From Macrostomum hystrix (lineage: Eukaryota; Animalia; Platyhelminthes): a stretch of DNA of 64,000 nt. Of the stretch, positions 29,171 to 46,794 are shown one piece after another. The DNA is taken from assembly GCA_950097015.1 (NCBI GenBank), contig CATNEN010000041.1, positions 3,534,001 to 3,598,000 of the forward strand, read 5' to 3'. Every line of letters starts with the position of its first letter. Position 1 is the first letter of the stretch. The position numbers and the translations under genes were made by a program. The notes below the pieces were generated by a model. That model searched no databases. It was not told the DNA's origin and saw nothing but the letters and a program-made list of their open reading frames with translations.

Positions 29171-31114
29171 TTGTGATTTCAACAATTTCGTGAGCCTTTT
29201 TCCTACACAAAGAGTGCAGACGCAGTTGCATGAGCAGAAGCGTTTGCTGAAAATTTGCTCATCCGCGAATTCTGATAGGCGCTACTTTGCAAGTTTAAAT
29301 TGAACGCAACAGTCTTTACTTTTAGAAGGCGCAGATAGTTAAGCAGAAGTGTTTGAGTACTAAATGAGATCCATCTAGTCAGCAACCATCTATCCAGTCA
29401 GCAACCATCCAGTCATAGCGCAATTTGCGTTGCAATGGCTGCTGAATTCCTATAAGCAAAGCACTTAGAAAGCAAATGTTTGTTTGAGATACAATTTAAA
29501 TATTCTTTTCCGAAAATAAACATTTTATTGAGTGGGTGCTGCGCGCAAATTTGCCTTTTGGCGGTTTAAATACAATTTTGCGAATCAATTATTTCGCGCA
29601 GCACTGCCCACAAAATGTGCAGTGAAAGTCCTTAAAAGTGTGAGTAGCATTGATTAACCTCCACAGTGTAAAACATTTTAAAGGGTCTAAAATTTCTATA
29701 GAAATATCGTTGTTTGGTTTGCAAGTCTCATTGTACTGTGTGAGGTTAGTTAAATACTCGACGCTTTTTGTTTTAGACACCGCAGGATTTTTCTCTCAAC
29801 ATTGATTTTGATATTTATTGATTAATTCGTTTTTTTGCATTTTTTTAAAAGCTGCTGTGTCTAATTATGGACTTAGCTAAATGATCAGGCTACCTAATGT
29901 TGGGTAACTTGTATCGAATGGCAAAGCATTTCACTGCAAAGTCGCATCCGGTGGTTTCACCTACCTGTGGGCGTTAAACTGTACATTTGAAATGCTGAAT
30001 TTCTAGGAAAATCTCATTTTAAATTTGCAGTGAACAGAATCGTAGCGGCGAACAGTTTTTTAAAACTAATTTTCTTCCTAATTGTAAGATTCTTTTTACG
30101 TAAATGTTAAATTCATTAAGGCAGCATGTTCACTTACAACTTTGTAATTATTAACATTGCCAGCTATGCTACTTAGCCTATTTGCACAAAAACAAGAATT
30201 TATTGTTTTTATTATCAAATTCTAAATATATTCATTACATGGTAGTTTTCTACAAATAGCATAAATTGTATTGTTCCAATTTTTCATCTTTATAATTCGT
30301 AATCCAAATATACAGAATGTCTAAGATTTAAGATTTATGTGGGTGTCCCACATCACATTCGGCTGTCCGGCCTCTGCAGCAGTCATGGAGACATTAGCGC
30401 TCATCAAGATTTTGATACAGGAGTCAATGATGCAGTAGTCTGCTTTATTAAAGTACTTTAGTGAGTCGCAGCTGCCCCATCCCCAGTACAAAGGCCGCTA
30501 AGTTTTGTAATATTTACAAAAGTTTTTTGTTCATTTTATTGGGTGACATGATCAGAAGTAAAAAATAATTTCGAAATTAAGCAATAATGCACTTCGACCT
30601 GCTAAGGTGGCACACCTTCAATCTAGTTAATTTTTAATTCCTCACTGAATGAGATTAGAATTTCAAAGATACAGTGCTTTTTATTTATATTATTTCTTAG
30701 CTCAAATGAAGCTGTATTTTTGGGGTCATTCTTAGGCCTATCTCTAAACCTCCCGAAACCTCTAATGAGAATGACCCATATTTTTGCGTACTTTTAAAAG
30801 AAGAGAAGTTTATTTTTGGATTATTGCGACGTGACTAATTCTCCTGCAAGATTTACTCAGTCTTCTGATTGATAAAGGAAAAATTGAGATTTGGTAGACC
30901 CTACACAAAATATTGATCTTCAGCCCAGAATACATTTTTGCATAAACCAAATGCGCTTAACACATCTCAGGCAGTGAAATCAAGGCAAGGAAGGAGGACT
31001 TTGCTTTTGGTTCTAGGTGCTAGGGCTGGTCATGCAGTATACATTTTGGGTAGACAAATATTAATTTTTCGCAAAAGAATTATATATTTAAGTAAATAAA
31101 TCAATCAATCAGTA

Positions 31115-31754
31115 GGGTAATGTATCATCAACCAAACAAGAATGTGTATTTTTTTAACTTAAAACCTAAGCTACAGATTTTGTATTTAAGATATGATGAT
31201 AAATCAAAAGCCAAGTTTTAGAAAACAGTTACATCTTTCTAAAAAGTATCTGCTTTTGCTATTTTATCAAATAGAAAAAGTTATTCCTGCTTTTTATCTA
31301 AAACCGAACAATGATTTTCATGTATTTTCAAACCAAACAGAGAATTTGATGTTTGGTTTTACAATTTGAGTGAGTGGTTTAATCTTATTTTAAGGAGTGA
31401 ACTATCATGAATTATGTAATTTGAAAGCATTTTTATGCTCTATAAATAACTACATTTATGGTCATTTAATTGGCAAGCAACCACATACAATCCTTGTCTA
31501 AAGTACATACTGAAAAAATGTTGTTAAAAAGTATGCTTTTGCAATAAAAATTTCAATTGAAACATCAATATCTTTCTTTCCTCTTAATGCTTCATTGCAC
31601 ATCATGCCTCAGCTTGTAGATAATTTCTTCAACTTTCAAATTAGTTGTTCTGTGAAACACAATAGCTTGTTTCTGTCTTGCACGAGACCAAGGAAGAAGT
31701 CAAAATTCTTGTTCGGTTTTGAAGATACACTGTTCGGTTGATGATACATTACCC
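31115..31754. mobile_element. MITE (640 bp) with 24-bp TIRs and TA flanks
   Basis: GGGTAATGTATCATCAACC(A/G)AACA inverted at 31115-31138 and 31731-31754 with one mismatch; TA on both sides. Confidence 0.75.
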
Positions 31755-32829
31755 TATAAAAACCTGATTACTTTATTGTGGCAATTTTGCAACAATTGAC
31801 ATATAATTAGGCCTAACTGCAGTCTGTATTATGCTCAGTACAAAGTCGACTTCTCATTTCTCAGAATCTCCATCTCCAAAATAGCTAGGCCTATAGAAAA
31901 AATTTATTTGCAAATTTGCTAATATTACTATAGGAAATACGAAAATCTGGCAAAGTTCTCTTTTAATAACATTTTAAGCTACCTTTGAAACTTTAATAAG
32001 TGTTATTAGCTGGAATAGTTTCAGTTTCCCACTCTAAATTATTTATAGATGCTTTTTAACTTAACACCCTTTAAAACCCTTTAAGAACCTAACAACCAAG
32101 AGGCCTATGAGCCCAAGGAGTGAGGAGCAAGTCAATTCATGGAAATTAAGTCAAATAAGAGTCACATAGGAAAATAATGTGCAATCCAATATAGGATATT
32201 GCCAAACTGATATTTGGGGAAGACTTGGTGTCACATGAATTCCTAGAGGCCTACATCTCAAAAAAGTTGTTACTAGTTTCATGCATGTTACAAAATTTGG
32301 ACTTGTAGAGTGCCAGAGAGCCCAAAATCTTTGATTTTATTTATGTTGGCCTCTTTGTTGCTAGTGTCCCATTGGTTGATAATTAATTATGCATTAAAAT
32401 TGAGAAAGTAAAGATGAAAAAATCAAGGCAGATGTAATACGAAAAAATCAAGGCAGATGTAATACCTATGTGAGTACATACCTGTAGTACAGTATTGGTG
32501 TGCCTGTGTGCTGAGGAGTAAGCAAAACTTAGGTTTATTGAGTTCAAGACTTATGTAAAAAATAAGTTTTTTAAAATTAAAAGGAATATTTCAGTTTTAA
32601 CAAAACATAGCAGTTCTATCATATACTCAGACCTAGGCAAGCCCTTGTTTTTACACAATGTACAAAAATAGGTATTACTAAAAATAGTAAAAAATGTGAA
32701 TATATAGCTTGTATACTGAAGGTAAGCAAAAAATAGGTCAAAAACAATTTTGTAACTCTTAAATGTTGACTCAACATTGCATCAACAACGTTGTACAAAG
32801 CAACGTTGCATCAACATTGCAATGATGCA

Positions 32830-35800
32830 ATATTAAAAGAGAAATTCAATTATTTTGGCTATAAAAAGCACATGTTGCTATGGAAGCAAAAATTAGCTCC
32901 AAATTGGGGGTTAAAGTTGGATTTGTAGGTTTTAGTTGCCCTTGTCAAATTGCTTCTTGGGTAGTTAAGCATCACTTCATTGTTCAAATTTGTAGCTATT
33001 CCAACATCATACATGCGCAACACCCGGCCAAACCAGCTGGGTGAAACGAGGGCCAAGCAAGGTAAGTTGCAAAAACCAATCGACCAAGCGCAAAAAAATC
33101 AAAGGGGGGACCAAGGGACAAAAAAGGAAGGCGTGAAGAAAAGGAAAAAGGGGAGAGAAAAAGAGAGCAAATGAGAGCAAACTAAGTTGTAAATAGAGCA
33201 ATGAAACGAACTAAGTCGCAAATGAGAGCAAAAACTAAGTTGCAAGGCCAGCTAAGATTTGGGAGGTTGCGCATGTATGTTCCAACATCACTGAAAGCTG
33301 GGTCATTTACAATCCTAGCAATAATTTGGAGTTCGGACATTTTTGTAAGGAGGCCCAGTACCTAAGGCTCTGTTTCATATGTTGTAGAGCAGGGGAAGGT
33401 GTCCTATTTCTGACCACAAGCCTATGTTGTCTACATTGGAGCCCACCTGAAGCATTGCTTTGCTGCATCAAAGTTGTACTCTTTCGAAAAGGTTATAGGC
33501 CCAAGTTCCCAGGGCCCTTGTGAGGTACAAGTCCCCCATGCTTTAGATATGTATAGCAAAATGCTAAACCAATCATGGCCAAACAAAATTGCTCTAGCTG
33601 ACTAAACCTAATGGTTCCAAAACCTGCTAATTTCCTTAAAAATGAGACTAGATATCCACATACTTTACTAATCTCTATTGCATGGATGTCCACTGATCCA
33701 TTGAGTTTATCTGAAACCCCAGATACTTTCAGCTCTATATGGATTCCCTTGTAGAAATAGTCTTATAGGGCCTTTCTTGGGTACATTGTAGTTGAATTGT
33801 TTTGTTTTCAGAAAATTTTTTTGGAGCCTGAAGGAATGACAGAATTCTGAGACTTTGTCAAGACCTTTTTGAATTTCTGCAGGATCCTCTCCAAATATCA
33901 CAAGATTGTCACAGTAGAGCAGATTGTTAATTGTGTTACCTTTGATTTGAGTATGGCTATCAAATCCCACATTTAGTGTGAAGCTCAACAGATCTATGTA
34001 AATGAGAATAACATAGAAGAGAGGGGGCAGCCTTGTCTCACCCAGTTAGAAACTTATGCTCCTCTGTGGTCAATGCTTCTGAAACTTTAATTAAAAGTTT
34101 GTCTCCCAAATACATGTATGCTTTCTATGGACTTGAAAATTTTAGGGTTCACACTAAGCCTATCAAGCTGTTCAAATAGTCTGTTGTGCTCCAGAATGTC
34201 AAAAGCACTTTTAAGATCAAAGAAGACCGTATAGAATTGTTTCTTTTTGCAATTTTTACTATGGATGAGGGTAAGTAATGTGTCTATTTGATCTGTTATC
34301 TTGTAAGCCTTTCTACTTCCTATTTTGTTTTCTGAGAGCAAGCCTGAGTTCTTGATATAGGACTCCAGCTTCTCATTCACTATCAAAGCAGGATTATGGC
34401 TATTCTGGGAAGAATGCTAATGGGTCTCTAGTTCAATGTGTCATTGTGTGGGCCTCTCTTGTGAATTGGGGATATCAGCACTGTTGACCACTGTTGCGGC
34501 TTATGTCCTAGGCTCAGGATAGCATTAAAAAGTTTTAATAAAACTGGCCTAATGACTATAATCCCATGGATAATATGTTTGTTTGTGATCCTATCAACCC
34601 CTGCAGCTTTTCTCCCATTGAGATTCTTAATAGCTGTCCAAAACCCTTTAGCTGTGTTTAATGAAGTCATTTTGTTAACACAGTCATTGATATCTTGGCT
34701 CTTGAGCTTCCTCAGTTGGCTTTGTATTTCCTAACTAACTCATTGTATTCTGAGGCTAGTCAACTATCCCTTGGGGAATGCATTTTCTTGATTTTTTTAT
34801 TTGGCTAGAGACCTCAGGGTGGCATCCCTCTCTATCCAAAATTTATTGGGGATTATTGAAATTAAACTTTTCTGTTGTAGCTCAGCTGTTGGGGTAGCCT
34901 ATGATGTAGCCACTAGTGCAGTGTTGGTGTAGCTGTTGTAGCCGGGCTGGTATTGGTAGATGCCCAGTGCACTTCTGAAGTTCTGGTGTAGACAAAATCT
35001 ATTAGACTGGTTCCAGCTATGCTCTTGTCCAAATGCACACTGCCTATAGGCACCATTTGCTTCTGTATCTGCCAGTTGTGTGGTCCTGGTGATAGTAGTG
35101 GAAGCCATTGTTGCCCTTTTGGGAGTTTGGTGCTTGACTGGCACTTGCAGCAGTTCAAAACTGCATCCTCATTTGCCTCATTTGCAAGAGACAATCTGAT
35201 ACTGTCTAGGCTTTATAGCAAGTCCTTTCATGCACCTCGAGATCATTGTATAGAGATATGTCTTGCCGCTTTCAATTAACCTTCTGTCAGTGATGTGGAC
35301 ATTGGAGAACTTTTTGGCTGTAACAATTGCAGCAATTAGCTTATACACTTGCTCAAGAGAGATTTCAGCTTTTCGATCTATCACCAGGTACTCTTGAGCT
35401 GAAAAGCTTGACTCTTCAAGTTTGCTAACCGGATTCTTTGGGTCTTCATAGTAGATGATTTTCAAAGTGTTTAAAGGAAAAATAAGCCTGTAGTCCATTT
35501 CTCTATCTCAGTCAGGGCTTACTACGACTATGTTGTGTGGCTTTCTGGTAGCAGCACCATCAACTACTGAAATTTCCATTGCTTTGTTTTGGGAGCCAGT
35601 CTTAGGTGCTGTTGATGCAACTGCAGATACTGCAGAGATGCTTGCATATATGCTGCTTGTTACCCTTTTGTGGTTTCAATGATACAGAGTTTGCTCTGGA
35701 GGCCTGAAGCTCCATTAACTTCGTTTTAATCTCTATATTTTCATGGCTTTGAGCAAACTCATTCAGGACATATCACTCTTTGGCAAGAATCATGTCCTTT

Positions 35801-36150
35801 ATTGAGGAGATTGACTGTTTGATCTGGTTCACTGATTTAGCTCTGTGAAATGTTAAAAGTCTTCAAAAGCTCAGCCACTGTCTCACAGCTTTTGGCTTCC
35901 ATTTCCTATATCCAGTTAGTAGTCATGGTCTGCAGCACATTGCTTGTCTTCTGCAGGTAAGCGTCTAGAGAATGGCTTGTGGAAAACTGCTTTAGCTCAC
36001 TTAAAACCTGCACTAACCCTTGCTTGACTGTCTTCAGCCTCTTCAGAGATCTATCTCCATAAGAAGGCTATTAATATCTAGAAGGTCTTAAATGCATCCA
36101 AAACATGGTTATGTTTATTCATACTTTTAAACCAGACATTTGCAGCTTGG
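32830..36150 (-). mobile_element. Degraded LINE (APE endonuclease and RT fragments, ORF1-like upstream part)
   Basis: Fragments GTSLIDFVYT, KAAGVDRI, WSTVLISPIHKRG, VFFDLKSAFD and LLYCDNLVIF, with many stops and frameshifts. Boundaries are approximate. Confidence 0.82.
33008..33279. mobile_element. MITE (272 bp) with 14-bp TIRs and a 9-bp TSD, inserted in the LINE
   Basis: CATACATGCGCAAC...GTTGCGCATGTATG; TTCCAACAT at 32999-33007 and 33280-33288. Confidence 0.88.
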
Positions 36151-37271
36151 CAATAAATTATTTTATAGGTTTTAATGTTTTTAAAGGGAATTCTTCTTCT
36201 GTGTCTAAAACTTTGTAATTCTTATTCACACCTTAAAACCTCACATTTTGTGACGAGGCTTATTAGTAATTTAATACACTGCAACACAAAATATTCCAGG
36301 CAATTTATACTGTATATAGTATATAGTAATTATATTAGTTGACTCTTGTGTGTGGCTATTATATCATCTGGACATTTTGATTTGTGGTTATTTTGTTATG
36401 TGGCCATTTTTGTAGGTGCTATTTTGACATGCACCAGTGAAAAAGCTATATACATATAAATGTATATATCAACTGTGGTCAGGAAGATATTGGTTACATA
36501 AAAAAATTCTGCTGTGAATCTTAGGAGGAAAATGGCATAAATTTGGCCTGGTGTAAATTTAGCTTAATTCTTGCATTAAAATAAGTCATAGCATCATCCT
36601 AACTATGGGCTATAAATAACATTAGTTGAATGTCAATTTACCCTGTGAATGTGCATGGACTCAAAGTGAGATGATTTGCAGTAAATTTTCTGTCCGTTTT
36701 ATTGCTTTTATAGTTGGATTCAAAAACTACCCTCAGCAACAAATTGTTTTTGCTTATGTCTAATTTATGTCTAATTATGACTTATTTTGTCTAATTAAAG
36801 AATAATAATAATTAAGCTATTCATAGTTCTATACTTATATCGCTAGATTTTGTCCATTGCATTAGTCTAAAATCATCATACAAATTTAGATAAATAGCTA
36901 CTAACAACAATATAATGTAAAAAGGGCTACTAAGAAGTTGTTAAAATGTTAAATATATGTATGCACCAATTTTAAGGCATGTAAAGTAGCAATGTTAAGA
37001 TATTAAGATTATTTTTTACTTTTTTGTGTGAGGCTGAGGCACATATGACAGATATTAGCTAATGTTAATATTATTAACTATATAGTGAGTTAAAAAGTTA
37101 CAAAACTAAGCACAAAATAAAAAAACGAACAATTGTAGATATCCTGTTTCACTATAAAAAAAGAAATTATATGTATATAACTTTGCTAGATTGTATAGTT
37201 GTGCAATTTTACTCAAATTAATTATAAAGTAGTTATTTATGAATTCTTCTATAACTCTTCTTTTAGTAGGA

Positions 37272-43030
<5,759 letters not shown>

Positions 43031-46000
43031 TCAATGAGGCAGATTACGAGCTTTTTAAACAAGCCCATGCATTAAAGATCCGCGCCTTTTGTCTAGCAAT
43101 TTTTTTCGCTTTGTTTTTACTCGAACTTTCGTGCCCTCATTTAATTAAACAAGTGAGTCCAGCTTTGCTCTCCTATAGCTGCCCCACAGCTGGCTGATAA
43201 GTACGATTCTAGTCAGTTTTGGGGCTGTTTCTGACTGGAAATTTAGTTGCAATATATTCTGTGCAATGAATTGTTTCTAGTAATTGTTACCTCTTTTGCA
43301 CTTCTCTCTACAGAATTTTTCGCCTGAGCAGACTTTTGATTCTCAATTTGAATCTAGCTTCTACCTGATTAGGGATTAAATAGGATTCAGTTTTTTGCTT
43401 CTCCTAGCATTGTCCATGAGCTAATACGATCTGACTATATATAACTCTAAACGTATGCCCAATTTAATACTATTTCTACCTTCGTAGACTCAATCACTGC
43501 GGCCCGCGCATTCATGACTTACCCGCTTTTCTATCATGTCTAGCAGTGCACACAAAGTCGTTCTTTTTTTCTGTATACTTCTTCGCTGCATCTCCGTCAC
43601 AGCTTACACCATGTGTCCCAATACTGTCAGTAGCCTGTTGTGCTTGTCTCGTTCCTAATCTACTTCTCTCTGATAGCAGTAAGACCCAGTTTACTTGACT
43701 GAGACATGACTTGACTGAGTTTTTCTCAGTTCTGAGCTATTAGAATTTGTTGCTTTAAATCAAATCAAATCCGACATTATTTTGTTGTTGAAGTTTTCCT
43801 TTATATTCCAGTTTTTTTAACTCGTATAAGTGATTGCATATTTACAACTCTGAAATTCAGATCTACTCCATGTTATAGATTTTTTCTGTGTTGTGCATTT
43901 TTGTGCTTTTGCTGTTCGATGCTTAATCTAGATCTAGTCATTTCACTTTTTTCTACCTTTTCGCTGCTTTGTCGCTATTTTTGTTGTGACTCGCGCCCAT
44001 TCTTTACTGACGATATTTTAGTGCTCCTGTCACAAAAGTGCAAGAAATGTTGTATGTTTCCTCAGCTTAGAATCTAAATTGGTTTTTATCGCAGTACTTC
44101 TACAATTCGAGCATTTCTGTTGTGTTTATCGTATTCTTAGATGATTATTATTTTTTAAGCCTAGTTAACACTGACAAGCGTTAACTCACCTGCCTGACAC
44201 AGCCTCTGTCCCACTGGCAGTTTTTTTAAACGGACCGTCTAGCAAGTCTGTTGCTTTAAAAGGAGCTTTTTAGATATCGACTCGATAACTGAAACCCGTG
44301 TGAGCAACCAGGACTCAAAAACCCACTCCACCAGTGCTGAAGGGGCATTTTGATTGCAAGGACCCCCTACTGGATTTAGATTGTATGCTGAAAATATGCT
44401 TGTATCAGCCAGTACGAAATGCAAAATGCAAACCAGTGCTTAGATCTGTGATGCAGGTGTCTCAGCTGCAGAAAACTCTTTGAGGCTTGGATGCGCGCCA
44501 GCAGATTGCTGCCAATTTAAGAAGCTTCGACCATCTGCAGATCAAAGAGCGCGGAGGCTGGCAAAGGCAGGCAGGCACATACAGTTTTCCCCAGCAGTTC
44601 AATCGGCATTGGACTCATTATTTTGTTATTTCCTTTTTCGCGTGTGTTGTCGCAGCGAAATAAACTGAGTCGTTGAAAAATAAAATGCTTTTTTCTGTAC
44701 AGTTACAAAATAAGTTCCCAGACTTCTTTCTGTCTTTCCTCTTGCTTACCTCTGGATTTCTGGATCGCACAGCAGCAGCGTTCACCTCGTCTTCCCTCAG
44801 CTTCTGCACCCCTGAGACAAGCTCTGAGGAAGTCTCTGTTAAAGAGTCGGATTACACACCCATCTGTGTCCGCCTCATGATCGAAACAGGATTTCATGAG
44901 ATGCAATAATTACAAATGCAGCGATAAATAAACCCGAACTGATTTTAGATCAGCTCGGTAATAACTGAGCGAAGTACCGGCTTAGCGCATGTTCCGCTGA
45001 TGAAAGTGTTTACCGATGCATACAGCTGCTCTCGTCTGTTCGAGTCTGGGAATGAAGCTCTCCGAAAAACCTTGTGCTTCTGGGGCGCTAAGAGGTAACC
45101 ACATAGCTGCAGTCTGAATGGGAGAGCTGAAACAATCAGGACGTTACTCGAATGCACAATTCTGCATGGGTTTCCATAACTTCGAGGAAGCCAGCTGCGG
45201 ACAGTTGGGGCTAGGGTAATGCTTCATAATCACTGAGGCGGCATGTAAGGTAGGACAGATCAATAATCTAAATGGTTCAGAGCTTAATGGGTGTCACAAA
45301 ACAAGCCTCTAAAAGTTTATTCACGCAGGCAGCTACTTGACTAATTGAGTACAGATGAAAAATGTGGCAGAACTCGTCTATTATCGGTTCACCCCAAATG
45401 TTGTCCTCATTTGGTAGCCTGAAAGTCAGCTGATTCAAGCAGTGAAATTTTACATTTAGAAAGCAGAATTACTATATGACAATGCACTCAATTAATTAGA
45501 GATGAGGCTTGAAAGAAACCAATATAATTTCAATTGCATATACTAACTTGATCTGCGCGTGACTTTCGTGAATAGAGCTTAGCTTCACTTTGACTATTAA
45601 TATGGCAGACAGCACGATGCACAGTACATCATTAATTTCTGGGTGGGTGAGACAGTGGCAAATGTACGTCCTGCAGAATGAGTACTGAAGCCACAGGAAA
45701 CAGGTGAGAGCTGCATAGTATATGCATAGACAAAAGCAGCAGAGAATTGAGCTGCCAGTCAAGCATAGACACTCGCGGAGCAGATGAAAGCCGATCTCCA
45801 GCATAGGAGGTGAACGTGCGATCTGCTTCCAATGAAAGCCCTGCCCTCGAGGAAGATAGAGGAGTGGATGGGAGCTCGGGGGAGAAAGATGAAAACAATT
45901 AACAACAGGCCTATTGTGTTTTGGCCCTAGCTATAACTGAAACTTCTGCATGCCAGTGCTTTAGAGGCGGACTTCCCGAGAAGAAAGGGGAGGGGAATTC

Positions 46001-46559
46001 AATATAAGCCTCCGATCCGTCCAGCCATCAGCTCCCCCTGTCTTTCAGGGTCCGCCGCACATTTCCTTATTTGCCAGGTCACTAAAGTAGCTGTTCTGAA
46101 GGGAATAATACGAGTATACGTGTTGTCTGCAATGCAAACTGCAGATAGGATGAAGCATTGCTCTATGGGTGCATGTATTCAGCATACATCCTGCATGGAA
46201 GGTCGGGAAAGGATGGGCCCTCAGATATTCTATTAAACGCTGCAAAATCGTACTTGCTTCCACAAAGAATCTTTCTGGGGTTCCCCAGGCTATTTTGACA
46301 GCGACTAAAGGGACAGCAACCGGTAGTGACATCGCAATCGAGATGCTTCCTATATCAGCAAAATGATGGCGAACGTCCGTTAAATCGTGAACCGGGCTTT
46401 TTGATTCTGCAGTGCAAATCCGAAGATAAACGTGTCTAGAGTTTTCTTGCTCTATGGCTGGACCAAACTAAAACACTAACTGAAGGCTGAAGCCCTTAGT
46501 AAAAGAAATAGAGCAGGGTCTATTTCTTGGTCTGTGCAAGGCCCCACTTTGGTCGGTCG

Positions 46560-46670
46560 CCACCTCATTGGCTATGGGGGCCGCCGTTTGTGTCAAGAAC
46601 GTGCATTGGCTTTCACCCACCCCACAGCCTTCCTCTCCCCTCCGTCAGGCTTTGCTTTTATAAAAGGCCT
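46560..46670 (+). promoter_or_regulatory. Putative core promoter of the RBM24-like gene
   Basis: Two ATTGG (reverse CCAAT) motifs near 46567 and 46605, and TATAAAA at 46659-46665, about 130 nt upstream of the ATG. Motif match only. Confidence 0.4.
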
Positions 46671-46794
46671 CTAGCTCTAACGCAGCTAAACTTGCGCCCG
46701 GTCATCCACAGCTCCCGTGCAGGAAAGCCTTGTCGATTCTGCGACTCCCTTTCGATTTTAAAGCTCGTAGCGATCGGAAAGCCCGCAATCGGCC

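Noticed and set aside
44240-46400. Spliced minus-strand gene between LARP1 and the RBM24-like gene
   Set aside because: There are some AG/GT signals and short ORFs, but I could not build a phase-consistent chain or recognise a domain.
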